Shown: one piece after another, positions 43,183-53,569 of the stretch | How the letters are laid out: each line of letters begins with the position of its first letter | Numbering within the stretch: the stretch's first letter is position 1 | NCBI GenBank assembly: GCA_038245905.1 | Contig: JBBRRY010000017.1 | Coordinates: 1-64,000, forward strand | Length of the DNA: 64,000 bases | DNA from: Thermoanaerobaculia bacterium | Lineage (GTDB): Bacteria > Acidobacteriota > Thermoanaerobaculia > UBA5066 | Direction of reading: 5' to 3' | Program-made: the position numbers and the translations under genes | The notes under the pieces: generated by a model | Databases searched by the model: none | Told to the model about the DNA's origin: nothing | Seen by the model: only the letters and a program-made list of their open reading frames with translations

Positions 43183-44395
43183 CGCGACTGGAGAGGCATT
43201 TCGCCCGCCCGAGGCCGACGCCGAGGGGCGCTTTGGAGCGTTCGGCGGGCGCTTCGTCCCGGAGACGCTGATGGCGCCCCTCGAGGAGCTGACGCGCGCC
43301 TACAAGGACGCCCGCCGCGATCCCGCCTTCCGGCGCGAGCTGGACGGACTCCTGAAGACCTACGCCGGCCGGCCGACACCGCTCACGTATGCGAAGCGCC
43401 TCTCCGAGAATCTGGGCGGCGCGAGGATCTTCCTGAAGCGCGAAGACCTCCTCCACACGGGAGCGCACAAGATCAACAACGCGCTCGGACAGGCGCTTCT
43501 CACGAAGAGGATGGGCAAGGCGCGCGTCATCGCGGAGACCGGAGCCGGACAACATGGCGTGGCCACGGCGACGGCGTGCGCCCTCCTCGGCCTCGAGTGC
43601 GTCGTTTACATGGGAGCCGTCGACGTGGAGCGGCAGGCTCTGAATGTCTACCGGATGAAGCTGCTCGGCGCGACGGTCGTGCCCGTGACGGCCGGCTCGC
43701 GCACGCTCAAGGACGCGATCAACGAGGCCATGCGCGACTGGGTCGCCACGACCGCGACGACGCACTACATCCTGGGTTCGGTTCTGGGGCCGCATCCGTT
43801 CCCGACCATGGTGCGCGATTTCCAATCCGTGATCGGGCGGGAAGCCCTCGCGCAGAGCCGCAAGGTCCTCGGAAAGCTGCCCGACCTCCTCGTGGCATGC
43901 GTGGGCGGAGGCTCGAACGCGATCGGCCTCTTCCGGGAATTCCTGCCGTTCCAGGACGTCGAGATGGTCGGCGTCGAGGCCGGAGGGCGCAGCCTCGAGC
44001 CCGGCGAGCACGCAGCCCGTTTCGGGCCGGGTTCCGTCGGCGTCCTCCATGGCACGCGCACCTTGATCCTTCAGGACGCCGACGGGCAGGTGCTACCGAC
44101 TCACTCCGTGTCCGCGGGCCTCGACTATCCGGCCGTGGGGCCCGAGCATGCGCGTCTTGCCGAGCTCGGACGGACCCAATATGTCTCGGTCCCGGACGAC
44201 GCCGCGCTCGCGGCGTTCCACCGCCTCGCGGAGACCGAAGGGATCATTCCGGCCCTCGAGACAGCGCACGCCGTTGCCTGGGCCATCGAAGAGGCGCGCC
44301 GCCGGCCGAAGAGCGCCACGCTCCTCGTGAATCTCTCCGGCCGTGGTGACAAAGACGTCGTCCAGGTCGCGCGGCGCGAGGGCGTCGAGCTGTGA
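43175..44395 (+). CDS. trpB: Tryptophan synthase beta chain
   Basis: [40 protein letters not shown]. Confidence 0.98.
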   Translation: MPDATGEAFRPPEADAEGRFGAFGGRFVPETLMAPLEELTRAYKDARRDPAFRRELDGLLKTYAGRPTPLTYAKRLSENLGGARIFLKREDLLHTGAHKINNALGQALLTKRMGKARVIAETGAGQHGVATATACALLGLECVVYMGAVDVERQALNVYRMKLLGATVVPVTAGSRTLKDAINEAMRDWVATTATTHYILGSVLGPHPFPTMVRDFQSVIGREALAQSRKVLGKLPDLLVACVGGGSNAIGLFREFLPFQDVEMVGVEAGGRSLEPGEHAARFGPGSVGVLHGTRTLILQDADGQVLPTHSVSAGLDYPAVGPEHARLAELGRTQYVSVPDDAALAAFHRLAETEGIIPALETAHAVAWAIEEARRRPKSATLLVNLSGRGDKDVVQVARREGVEL

Positions 44396-45210
44396 GCACT
44401 GTGAATCGCATCGGGCGAGCCTTCGCGACGGCCCGGGCCTCCGGACGGGCGGCGCTGATCGTCTTCGTGGAGGCGGGCGATCCCGATCTCGAGACGACCC
44501 GCCGGCTTCTTCCCGCGCTCGCGGAGGCGGGAGCCGACGTAATCGAGCTCGGGATCCCGTTCAGCGATCCGCTTGCGGACGGACCGGTCATCCAGCGCGC
44601 GAGCGAACGCGCCCTCGCGGCGGGGACGACGCTCCCGGCCGCGCTCTCCGTCCTCGCGGAGCTTCGGGCCGAGCGCTTCGTGGCGCCCGTCGTGATCTTC
44701 AGCTACGCGAATCCGGTACTCGCGATGGGGGAGGCCGAGTTCGCTCTCCGGGCGGCGCAGGCCGGCGCGGACGGAGTTCTCGTGACCGACCTCCCACCGG
44801 AAGAAGGCCGCCCCTTCGCGTCGGTCTTGAAGAGCGCGAAGCTCGATCCCGTCTACCTTGTCGCGCCGACGTCGCCGGACGAGCGCATCCGCAGGGCCGG
44901 GTCGCTCTCGCGCGGCTTCCTCTACGTCGTGTCGCGGGCCGGCATCACGGGCGCGCGCACGGCCCTGCCCGAGGGGCTCCCCGCCCTCGTGTCTCGCGTG
45001 CGGCAGCAGGTGCCGCGTCTTCCGATCGCGGTGGGCTTCGGCCTCTCGACGCCCGAGCAGGTCCGCGAGGTCGCTGCTTTGGCGGACGGCGTCGTCGTGG
45101 GGAGCGCGATCGTGGCCGCAATGGAAGCCGCCCGCGCGGCCGGCAGGGACCCCGTCGAGGCGGCGGCCGCTCTCGTCCGTTCGCTCGCCGCGGCCACGCC
45201 GAAAGGCTGA
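44392..45210 (+). CDS. trpA: Tryptophan synthase alpha chain
   Basis: [33 protein letters not shown]. Confidence 0.98.
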   Translation: MSTVNRIGRAFATARASGRAALIVFVEAGDPDLETTRRLLPALAEAGADVIELGIPFSDPLADGPVIQRASERALAAGTTLPAALSVLAELRAERFVAPVVIFSYANPVLAMGEAEFALRAAQAGADGVLVTDLPPEEGRPFASVLKSAKLDPVYLVAPTSPDERIRRAGSLSRGFLYVVSRAGITGARTALPEGLPALVSRVRQQVPRLPIAVGFGLSTPEQVREVAALADGVVVGSAIVAAMEAARAAGRDPVEAAAALVRSLAAATPKG

Positions 45211-45211
45211 C

Positions 45212-45976
45212 GTGACCCGAGACGACTCGGGGCTGTCCGCCCGGATCTCGAAGGCCGACCGAAGAGCACTTGCCGCGCTGATCGCGGAAGAGCTTCCCCG
45301 CCTCACGGAACGCGACGCGCTTCAGGCGCTCCGTCACCCGCATGCCTCGGAGGCGATGATCGAGGAGATCCTCTCCTCGAAGACGCTGCTCTCGTTCCGG
45401 GGCGTTCGCCGGCTCGTCGCGGCGCACCCTCTCACGCCGCGGCATGCGGCGCTGCGCTGCCTCGACGATCTCCTGTGGCGCGACCTCCTCGACGTCGGCC
45501 GCGAGGTGCGCACACCTCCGCCCGTGAGGGTCGCGGCCAACCGCAAGCTCGAAGGGGCGCTCCAGTTTCTCGCCGTCGGCGAGAAAATCGCGGTGGCCCG
45601 GTTCGCGTCGCCCTCGCTCTTTTCGGTGCTTCTCGACGAGCCGGACGTCCGCGTTCTCGAGGCGGTCCTCGCCAACCCGAGGCTCATGACCGAGGACCTT
45701 CAGCGCTGGCTCGCCACGGGGCATCCCCGGCCGGAATCGCTCGCTCTTCTCGCGTGCGACGCGCGCTGGGCGAGGCGGCCCGCGATCCGGATCGCGCTGC
45801 TGACTCATCGAGCGACACCCCGTGCGGCGGCGCTCTCGCTCCTGACCTCGGCCTCGCGCGGCGAGTGGCTGCGGCTCGCGGAGGACCCGAACGCGGACGC
45901 CCTTCTTTCCGCCTGTGCGCGAAAATTGCTCGAAAAAGGTCTCAAGCCCGTTGACAGAAGCGGTAAGTCGCCGTAG
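45212..45976 (+). CDS. Hypothetical helical-repeat (HEAT/LRV-like) protein
   Basis: Repeated HPxTP/NPR helical units; GTG directly after the trpA stop. Confidence 0.7.
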   Translation: MTRDDSGLSARISKADRRALAALIAEELPRLTERDALQALRHPHASEAMIEEILSSKTLLSFRGVRRLVAAHPLTPRHAALRCLDDLLWRDLLDVGREVRTPPPVRVAANRKLEGALQFLAVGEKIAVARFASPSLFSVLLDEPDVRVLEAVLANPRLMTEDLQRWLATGHPRPESLALLACDARWARRPAIRIALLTHRATPRAAALSLLTSASRGEWLRLAEDPNADALLSACARKLLEKGLKPVDRSGKSP

Positions 45977-45979
45977 GCT
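45951..45979 (+). promoter_or_regulatory. Sigma70-type promoter for rodZ
   Basis: TTGACA, 17 nt, TAGGCT. Confidence 0.65.
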
Positions 45980-45999
45980 AACACGTTACGGGGATTCGG

Positions 46000-46827
46000 G
46001 TGACTGCGGAGACTGCCCAGGAATTCGGCGAAGAACTTCGCCGTGAACGCGAGCTTCGAGACGTAAGCCGGGAACAGCTTTCGGCGGCGACGAAGGTTTC
46101 GCTGCGGCATATCGGCGCGCTCGAGTCCGGCCGTTACGACCAGCTTCCCGCCGGCGTCTTCTCGAAGGGCTTCGTCAAGGTGATTGCGCTGCATCTCGGT
46201 CTCGACGCCGAGCGCGCCGTCGCCGCCTTCCGGCACGTGCACACGGGCTGGGAGGAGGACTGCGCGAAGCGTGAGCGCCAGGCGCCGATGAGCACGGCCG
46301 GTCTTCGCCTTTCGACGCCGCGGCGCGCGGTGTCTTCCTCGACGACGCTTCGCGGGATCGCGATCGCGCTGGTCCTCGCCGCCGTGACCGGCGCCGCGGC
46401 GTTCTTCCGGACGCGCGGCGCGGATCGCCGTGGTCCGGCCGCCTCGGCGACTCCGGTCGCCCGCGCCGAGAGCGGCCCGGCGTCCCTGGCCCTTCCGCCC
46501 GCGATCGCGGCCGCGACGGTGGCCCTGCCGGCGGGCACTTCTCTGCCGAGCGCCTTCTCCTCCCCGGCGTCGGGGCGCGGGAGAACGCTCTCCCTGACTT
46601 TCCGCGAAGAGTGCTGGGCCGAAGTGCTCGTGGACGGAAAGCTCGTCGTGCGCGGGTTCTTCCCGAAGGGTTCGCGCCGCGAGTTTTCGAACGGCGGCAC
46701 ATTTACGCTTACGCTTGGAAACGCCGGCGCCGTCGAGGTCGTCGTCGATGGTCGTTCGCTCGGCACGCTGGGCGGCGAGCACGAGATCATCAAGAACTAC
46801 GTGATCGAAGCGGCCCGTAAGGGCTGA
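46000..46827 (+). CDS. rodZ: RodZ-like protein (HTH + TM + DUF4115)
   Basis: FGEELRRERE, ALESGRYDQLP, TM segment, CWAEVLVDG, LGNAGAV. Confidence 0.85.
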   Translation: MTAETAQEFGEELRRERELRDVSREQLSAATKVSLRHIGALESGRYDQLPAGVFSKGFVKVIALHLGLDAERAVAAFRHVHTGWEEDCAKRERQAPMSTAGLRLSTPRRAVSSSTTLRGIAIALVLAAVTGAAAFFRTRGADRRGPAASATPVARAESGPASLALPPAIAAATVALPAGTSLPSAFSSPASGRGRTLSLTFREECWAEVLVDGKLVVRGFFPKGSRREFSNGGTFTLTLGNAGAVEVVVDGRSLGTLGGEHEIIKNYVIEAARKG

Positions 46828-46866
46828 CCCAAGGGAACGCCGAGGGACCGGGCGTAAGCTCGACCC

Positions 46867-47889
46867 GTGGCCGACACCGCCCCCGAAGGTGACCTCCTCA
46901 CCCAGATCGAGCGGGGCGAAGCCGCGCCCCAGATCCTCGATTTCGCGGCGAGGGGGATGGTCCCCCTGCCCCCCGAAGAGCTGGTCCGCGCGATCGCCAG
47001 CATCATGGCGTCGGGCGACCCCCGCCTGGCCGCCATCGCCGCGGAATCCTTCAAGCGGTTCGACGCAGGGTCGCTGAAGAGCGCCGTCTTGAGTCCGGGG
47101 GTCCGGGCCGAGCAGCTCGCCGCCGTGGCGCATCACACGGAGGACGCCTTAGTGCTGGAGCCCCTCATACGGCACAAGGCCGTATCGGACGAAACTCTGG
47201 CCTGGCTCGCCGAGCGCGTGGACGCTCCACTTCAAGACATCATTGTCACGAACCAGACGCGCCTGCTCGCAGCTCCGGTCATCGTCGAACGGCTTTTCGA
47301 GAACCCGAGGCTCTCGCCCGAAATTCGGCGCCGGGCGGACGAGTTTCTCGAGGAGTTCTTTCTCAAGCAGGAGCGCGAGCGGGACGCCGCCGGGGAAACG
47401 GAGGAGGCGGCTCCGGAGGAGGCCCCGGCACCGGCGCCCGCCGCGGAGGTGGACGAGGCGGGGCTCACCGAGGCCGCCAAGAAGAGCCTCTTCGCCCGGG
47501 TCGCGACGATGTCCGTGGTCCAGAGGATCCGCCTCGCATACCGTGGAAACAAAGAGGAGCGGATGTTCCTCGTACAGGACCGCAACCGGCTGGTTTCGGC
47601 CGCCGTCCTGAAGTCCCCGAAGACCCGGGATGGGGACGCCGAATCCATCGCGAACATGAAGAACGTCGCGGAGGACGTTCTCCGGGGCATCACGTGGCGG
47701 CGCGACTGGATGCGCCACTACACCATCATGCGGAATATCGTGAAGAACCCGAGGGCGCCGATCGACGTCACGCTTTCGCTCGTCGGTCGCTTGAACGCGA
47801 AGGATCAGAAGACTCTCGCGGGCGACCGGAACGTCCCCGAGGCCGTCCGCGCCTTCGCGCGCCGCGAGGTCTCCCGCAAGGAGACGTGA
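46867..47889 (+). CDS. Hypothetical helical-repeat protein
   Basis: Typical codon usage; C-terminus resembles the 45212-45976 protein. Confidence 0.8.
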   Translation: MADTAPEGDLLTQIERGEAAPQILDFAARGMVPLPPEELVRAIASIMASGDPRLAAIAAESFKRFDAGSLKSAVLSPGVRAEQLAAVAHHTEDALVLEPLIRHKAVSDETLAWLAERVDAPLQDIIVTNQTRLLAAPVIVERLFENPRLSPEIRRRADEFLEEFFLKQERERDAAGETEEAAPEEAPAPAPAAEVDEAGLTEAAKKSLFARVATMSVVQRIRLAYRGNKEERMFLVQDRNRLVSAAVLKSPKTRDGDAESIANMKNVAEDVLRGITWRRDWMRHYTIMRNIVKNPRAPIDVTLSLVGRLNAKDQKTLAGDRNVPEAVRAFARREVSRKET

Positions 47890-47988
47890 CGTCGCTCACG
47901 GATTGTTTGAAATTGGGGCTCCCGGTGTGAGAATCTGAAGCGTGCCGACAATCTGGATCGTGTGGGCGGGGCGCCCCTCGAGGTTTCG

Positions 47989-48645
47989 TTGACGAGTTAC
48001 TACGACGTGCTCGGGGTTCCTCGCGACGCGTCCGAGACGGAAGTCCGCGCGAAATTCCGGCTCCTGGCCCGGGAGGGTCATCCCGACCGATTTCGGGAGC
48101 TCGCCGAAAAGAAGACTGCCGAGGAGCGCTTCCAGCTTCTCACCGAGGCGATGAACGTCCTTACGAACCCGGCGCGGCGCAAGGCTCACGACATCGAGCT
48201 CGAGAAGAACCGCCCCCTTTCCCAGGATCCGGCGGCGCTCGCGCGCCTCTATCTCGCCAAGGGGGTGAAGGCTTATCGCGAAGGTAATTTTCCGGAGGCG
48301 ATTACGGAGTTCGACCTCGCCGTCAAGCATTACGACAAGGATGCCAAGGCGTTTCACTATCTTGCACTGTCCTGCATGAAGGTCGTCGGACAGGTGCGCC
48401 GGGGCGTCGACGCGATCGAGGCGGCAATCAAGCTGGACGGCAACAATGCGCTCTTCCATCGCGACGCCGGCAAGCTCTTCATCCTGGCCGGCCTGAATTC
48501 GAAAGCCGAGCGTCACCTCGAGCAGGCCCTTACGTGGCTTCCCGAGGACGCCGAGACCCTGAAGCTCCTTCAGGACGTGCGCCCGAAGAAGGGAACCAGC
48601 GGGGAACGCAAGGTCCCGAGCGGTATCTTCGGGCGGAAGGGATAA
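47989..48645 (+). CDS. DnaJ-domain plus TPR protein
   Basis: YYDVLGV, HPD motif, TPR-like helices; start uncertain. Confidence 0.88.
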   Translation: MTSYYDVLGVPRDASETEVRAKFRLLAREGHPDRFRELAEKKTAEERFQLLTEAMNVLTNPARRKAHDIELEKNRPLSQDPAALARLYLAKGVKAYREGNFPEAITEFDLAVKHYDKDAKAFHYLALSCMKVVGQVRRGVDAIEAAIKLDGNNALFHRDAGKLFILAGLNSKAERHLEQALTWLPEDAETLKLLQDVRPKKGTSGERKVPSGIFGRKG

Positions 48646-48652
48646 TCGCGGC

Positions 48653-49549
48653 GTGAGCGTCTCTGCATTCGGACTAACAGACGTCGGCCGTAAGAGGCGA
48701 CATAACGAGGACGCGTACCTCCTCGATGCCGAACGCGGCCTTTTCGTCGTCGCCGACGGCATGGGGGGCCACGCGGCCGGCGAGGTCGCCTCGCGGATCA
48801 CCGTCGAGTCTATTCAGGAGTACATCGCCGCCACCGAAGAAGAGCACGAGAGCTCGTGGCCCTTCGGCTTCAACAGCCGCGTGTCCGTCGAAGGGAACCG
48901 TCTGACGACGGCGGTCGAGAAGGCGAACGAGAAAGTCATGCGCGCCGTGCAGAACAGGCCCGAATTGAAGGGCATGGGCACCACGGTCGTCGCGGCGCTC
49001 TTCGACGCCGATCGCGCGACGCTCGTCCACGTCGGCGACAGCCGCGCCTATCTTTTTCGCGACGGGGAGCTGCGGCGCCTGACGGACGACCACTCCTGGG
49101 TTCAGGAGCAGGTCAACGCCGGCATCCTCAGCGAGGACGAGGCGAAGAGCCACCCGCTCAAGAACGTCGTGACGCGCGCGCTCGGCGGCGCGGCGCACGT
49201 CTCGGTCGATCTCATCGAGGTCCCCGTGCGTCCGGGCGACCGGTTCCTTCTCTGTTCCGATGGCCTGACGGGCATGGTTCCCGACGAGGATCTCTTCGCC
49301 GCCTTCCGTTCAGACGGCCTCATCGAGAAGACGGTGCGTCAGCTCATCGACACGGCAAATGACCGCGGGGGCGTGGACAACATCACCGCGATCGTCGTCC
49401 AGGTCGTTGGCGAGGCGGGCAATGATTCGGGGCGCGCCGCGAGCGAGCCGGTCCGGCGGGCTGTGTCCACGTCTGGGGAGAGCACGGCCGTCAATCTCGA
49501 ACCGCCGGGAATGCCGCCGCGCGATTCCGATCCCGAACCGAAGAGCTGA
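48653..49549 (+). CDS. PP2C (Stp1/PrpC-type) Ser/Thr phosphatase
   Basis: RRHNED, VADGMGGH, HVGDSRAY, LCSDGL, GGVDNIT. Confidence 0.95.
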   Translation: MSVSAFGLTDVGRKRRHNEDAYLLDAERGLFVVADGMGGHAAGEVASRITVESIQEYIAATEEEHESSWPFGFNSRVSVEGNRLTTAVEKANEKVMRAVQNRPELKGMGTTVVAALFDADRATLVHVGDSRAYLFRDGELRRLTDDHSWVQEQVNAGILSEDEAKSHPLKNVVTRALGGAAHVSVDLIEVPVRPGDRFLLCSDGLTGMVPDEDLFAAFRSDGLIEKTVRQLIDTANDRGGVDNITAIVVQVVGEAGNDSGRAASEPVRRAVSTSGESTAVNLEPPGMPPRDSDPEPKS

Positions 49550-52019
49550 CGCCGCTCTCGTCGTCGCCGTTCCGGACGGGAAGCTCGCCCGTCTTCACGC
49601 GCGCGAAGAACTCCCGGGTGGCCTGGCCGATCTCGATGCAGGCCAGCTCGCCGGGGTCGTCGAGATACCAGTCGTCCGGCAGGTAACGGCTGTAGGGCTC
49701 CTGGAGGAAACGCCGGCAGGCCAGGACGACGACGCCGGTATCCGTTCCCGACCGGATGAGGCGCCCTGCGCTCTGGACGACGCGCGTCATGCCGGGGATG
49801 ACGTAGGCGTATTCGAACCCTCGTTCGAAGCGCTCCTCGAAGTAGCGGCGCATGCGCTCCTGCTCGAAACGGACCATCGGCAGGGCAGGCGAGACGACGA
49901 CGACGGCCTGGAGCATTTCGCCGGGATAGTCCACGCCCTCGGCGAAGGCGCCTCCGGAGACGGCGAAGACGAGCACGGGCGCGCCGCCGTCGCGCATCGC
50001 TGCGAGGACCGAATTCCGTTCGAGCTCGGTCGAGCGGTCGGAGGGACGGAGCACGCGGCGGCCGGGGAGGGCGGGGAGGTGGGTACGCACCTCGTCGAGA
50101 AACCGGTAGGACGGAAACAGGGCGAGCACGTTGCCCGGGCACGCCCGCGCGACGTCCGCGACGAGAGCCGCGAGGCGCGGGGCGCCCCGCCCGCGCGCGG
50201 CGAACGTCGTGTCGACGTCCGGGGCGACGAATACGGCACGGTTCTCCCGCGGGAAGGGCGAGGGCAGGCGGAGTACCGTCGTGCGATCGGGGTCCAGCCC
50301 GAGGAGGTCGCGGTAAAACTCCGGAGGGGAAAGCGTCGCCGACATCGAGACGGTCGCCGCGGCCGCGTTCAGGGTCTCGCCGAGGAGCTTCGACGGGTCC
50401 TTGCAGAGAATCGCGAGACGCGCGCCGCTCCTTCCGCGCGCGGCCAGGACGTCGAAGGCGGGATCGGGCCGCCCCTCCGAGGGCTGCGCCCGCTTGCTCA
50501 CGTCGTGGAAGCGCGCGAACGTGAAGTAGAGCTCGAGGACGGGATCGTTCGGGACTCGTTCGCCTCCGGCGCGCAGGTCCGCGAGATGGCGCACGAGAAG
50601 CGACTCGAAGTCGAGCCTGAGGTCGTCGAGGCGCGTCTCGTCCAGCGTCACGAGGCCCACGGGCTCGGGCTCTTCGTCCGAGAGGCCTGCGGCGGCGTCG
50701 GCGACGAGCCGCCGCAGGCGGCGCGCGGCCTCGCCCGCGTCCCACGAGGTCTTTGCGTTCGAGGCGCCGATCCGCTGCTCGAGCGTTGCGAGGGCGGCGT
50801 CGGAAAGTTCAGGTGAGTAGTATCCGCGCCCGCGGTCCACGAGGTTGTGAGCCTCGTCCACGAGGAGGAACGACTGCGCCAAGGCAGAAGGGTCGCGCGC
50901 CCCCGCGAGCGCCACGACCGGGTCGAAGACGTAGTTGTAGTCGCCGATGACGACATCGGCCTCTTCTGCGAGCTCGAGTGAGACCTCGAAGGGGCAGACG
51001 ACCTCGTTGCGCGCCTCCTCGAAGACCGTGTCCGGGTCCAGGTGACGGTGGCTCTCGAGGAGCCGCTCGCGGAGACCCGAGGCCTCCATCTTGGCACCGT
51101 AGTCCTTCGCATACGCGCAGTGGTTCTCGTGGCAGAGGACGACGTCGTTCGCGCACATGCGCTCTTTTGCCCGGAGCCGCACGGAGCGGAACGACTCGCC
51201 GTCGATGGCCGCGAGCGTCTTCATGTAGATGTCCTGCTGCGTCGTCTTGGCCGTGAGGATGAAGAGGCGCCGGTGGGATTCGAGAGCGCCGACGAGGAGG
51301 GGATAGAGGGCGGCTGCGGTCTTTCCGATTCCGGTCGGGGCCTGGGCGAGGAGGTGTTCGCCATGCGCGGCCGCGTGAGCGGCCGCCGCGGCCATATCCC
51401 GCTGCCCGGGCCGGAACCGCGCGTGCGGGAAGACGAGCGTCGCGGCCTCGGCGGCCTTCGCCTCGGCGAGGGCGCGCTCCTCGAGAAACGCGTCGAGGAG
51501 GACTCGCGTGCGCCTGACGAGGTCGTCGAGCGTCTTCTCGGGCTCGTGCGGCACGTCGAGGACCTTCGTCGCGCCCGTCTCGATGTCCGCCAGGACGAGG
51601 CGGCCGTGCACGGAGCGGCCCTCGGCGGCGGCGACCGCCTGCATGTACCAGCGGAGCTGGAGCTGGAAACGTTCGAGGCGCGGGGAGCCGGGCAGCTTCC
51701 CGAGGTCTTCGGCGAAATGGAGAGATTTCACCTCGTCCACGACGACGCGTCCGTTCTCCTCGAATCGACCGTCGAGCCGGCCCTCGAGCACGACCGTGAA
51801 GTCGTCCACCGCATACGTCAGGCGGATGGATTTCTCGACCGCGTATCCGGGGACGTTCGCGAGGTTCTCGCCGAGCACGCGGCGATGCACCGCCTGGCCG
51901 ATCCAGAGCCGCTCGAATCCCTCGCCCCGGTCGAAGCCCGCCCGGCGTGCGACGCCGCCGAGGAGGGCCCCTGGAGAGAGCGCGATCGTTTTCTTCTCGA
52001 GGTCGACCGTCAGCGCCAC
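49491..52019 (-). CDS. DinG/XPD-family Fe-S helicase with N-terminal PD-(D/E)XK-like nuclease domain
   Basis: GRLDG..DEVKS, QLRWY; APTGIGKT; Cys cluster ..CPFE; DEAHN; SATL; EGVD; QSAGRLIR. Confidence 0.9.
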   Translation of the reverse strand: MALTVDLEKKTIALSPGALLGGVARRAGFDRGEGFERLWIGQAVHRRVLGENLANVPGYAVEKSIRLTYAVDDFTVVLEGRLDGRFEENGRVVVDEVKSLHFAEDLGKLPGSPRLERFQLQLRWYMQAVAAAEGRSVHGRLVLADIETGATKVLDVPHEPEKTLDDLVRRTRVLLDAFLEERALAEAKAAEAATLVFPHARFRPGQRDMAAAAAHAAAHGEHLLAQAPTGIGKTAAALYPLLVGALESHRRLFILTAKTTQQDIYMKTLAAIDGESFRSVRLRAKERMCANDVVLCHENHCAYAKDYGAKMEASGLRERLLESHRHLDPDTVFEEARNEVVCPFEVSLELAEEADVVIGDYNYVFDPVVALAGARDPSALAQSFLLVDEAHNLVDRGRGYYSPELSDAALATLEQRIGASNAKTSWDAGEAARRLRRLVADAAAGLSDEEPEPVGLVTLDETRLDDLRLDFESLLVRHLADLRAGGERVPNDPVLELYFTFARFHDVSKRAQPSEGRPDPAFDVLAARGRSGARLAILCKDPSKLLGETLNAAAATVSMSATLSPPEFYRDLLGLDPDRTTVLRLPSPFPRENRAVFVAPDVDTTFAARGRGAPRLAALVADVARACPGNVLALFPSYRFLDEVRTHLPALPGRRVLRPSDRSTELERNSVLAAMRDGGAPVLVFAVSGGAFAEGVDYPGEMLQAVVVVSPALPMVRFEQERMRRYFEERFERGFEYAYVIPGMTRVVQSAGRLIRSGTDTGVVVLACRRFLQEPYSRYLPDDWYLDDPGELACIEIGQATREFFARVKTGELPVRNGDDESGVSSSVRDRNRAAAFPAVRD

Positions 52020-52078
52020 GGCCGATTGTAAGGGCGCCCCGGATATCGCACGACGCGTTGTTCAGCTAAAATGCACCG

Positions 52079-53569
52079 ATGTCACGGTTTGCTCGGTCTC
52101 TCGTCGGCGCGGCTGTCGGTTTTCTTCTCGCTCTCGCCCCGGCCGCCGAGGGCGCCAGGAAACCTGCGAGGCCGGCGCCGCCCCAGACCCTCGAGCAGCG
52201 GTTGAACGCCTTGCTGCGCAGGGGCCCCGTCAGGCGCTCCGAGATCGGCGTCGTCGTCACACGACTGGGCGAGGCAGCGCCTCTCGCTTCCCTGAACCCC
52301 CAGCGGTCTCTCATCCTCGCCTCCACGACGAAGCTTTTCACGACCGCCGCCGCCCTCGACCGCCTCGGGCCCGAGTACAAGTTCAGGACGCGCCTCTATC
52401 GCGACGCGGACGTCGGCGAGGACGGCGTCCTGCCCGGTCACCTCGTCGTCATGGGAGGCGGCGATCCGGGAATCTCCGGCCGCTGGTACGACGACGATCC
52501 CCTGGCCGTGTTTCGGCCGTGGGCGGCGTCCCTCGCGAAGAAAGGTCTTCGCAGCGTTCGGGACGGGCTGCTTCTCGACGTTTCATTCTTCGACGACGTT
52601 CAGACTCATCCCGACTGGCCGAGCGAGCAGGAGCAACGGTGGTACCAGGCTCCCGTTTCGGCGCTCTCCTACAACGACAACATCGTCCTCGTGCGCGCGT
52701 CGGGAGGCCTTCGCCCAGGGAGCCCGGCTCTCCTCGGATTCGATCCTCTCGGGCCGCCTCTCCTGAATCTCATCTCGAACGTCGTCACCGCCTCGCGAAA
52801 GACGTGGGTCGGCGTGCGCCGCGAGGCCGGCAGCCACACCGTCGTGGCGGCGGGGCGCGTCGGCCGGAACCGGACGTGGGTCGGCGACGTGACGGTGCCC
52901 GACCCGCCGCTCTATTTCGCCGCGGCCCTCTCTCAGGTCCTCCGTGAAGCCGGCATCCGGATCGACGCCCCGCCCACCGTGAGGACGGAACCGGGCACCC
53001 CGCTTCCGATCTCGGGTCGCGTGCTCCTCCATACTCATGAGACGCCGCTCCTCTCCGCGATCGCCGTGTGCAATAAGCGCTCGCAATCCCTCTTCGCCGA
53101 AGAGATCCTCAAGACGCTCGGCGCCGAGAAGCGTGGCCGTGGAACGTGGGAGAACGGCCGGGCCGAGGTCGCGGCGTTCCTGACCTCGCTCGGTCTCGAC
53201 GCTTCGCGCTACCAGCTCGCCGACGGGTCCGGGCGCGCGCATTCCAACCGCGCCTCCGCGGCCGCGTACGTGGATTTCCTCACGGCGCTCGCGTCGCGCT
53301 GGAAACACTTCGAGACGTTCAAGGGCACGATGGCGGTATCGGGTGCACCCGACGGGACGTTGCGTCATCGCCTGCAGGGCGACGCGACGATCGGCAAGGT
53401 GTGGGCGAAAACGGGGAACGTGTCGGGTGTCGTGACGCTGTGCGGCTACGTGCAGGCCCAGAGCGGCCAGACGTACGCCTTCAGCATTCTCCTGAACGGC
53501 GGCGCCCGTGACGTCCGCGGCCACGCGTTCCAGGACCGTCTCGTGAGCGAGCTGGCTAAATTCGGCTAG
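52079..53569 (+). CDS. dacB: D-Ala-D-Ala carboxypeptidase/endopeptidase PBP4
   Basis: Signal peptide, ASTTK (SxxK), GGGDP, DGSG, AKTG. Confidence 0.93.
   Translation: MSRFARSLVGAAVGFLLALAPAAEGARKPARPAPPQTLEQRLNALLRRGPVRRSEIGVVVTRLGEAAPLASLNPQRSLILASTTKLFTTAAALDRLGPEYKFRTRLYRDADVGEDGVLPGHLVVMGGGDPGISGRWYDDDPLAVFRPWAASLAKKGLRSVRDGLLLDVSFFDDVQTHPDWPSEQEQRWYQAPVSALSYNDNIVLVRASGGLRPGSPALLGFDPLGPPLLNLISNVVTASRKTWVGVRREAGSHTVVAAGRVGRNRTWVGDVTVPDPPLYFAAALSQVLREAGIRIDAPPTVRTEPGTPLPISGRVLLHTHETPLLSAIAVCNKRSQSLFAEEILKTLGAEKRGRGTWENGRAEVAAFLTSLGLDASRYQLADGSGRAHSNRASAAAYVDFLTALASRWKHFETFKGTMAVSGAPDGTLRHRLQGDATIGKVWAKTGNVSGVVTLCGYVQAQSGQTYAFSILLNGGARDVRGHAFQDRLVSELAKFG

Noticed and set aside
26364-47918. 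Weak motif-like strings near 26364, 30688, 36638, 45921 and 47900
   Set aside because: Too degenerate to call by eye; left for a PWM scan.
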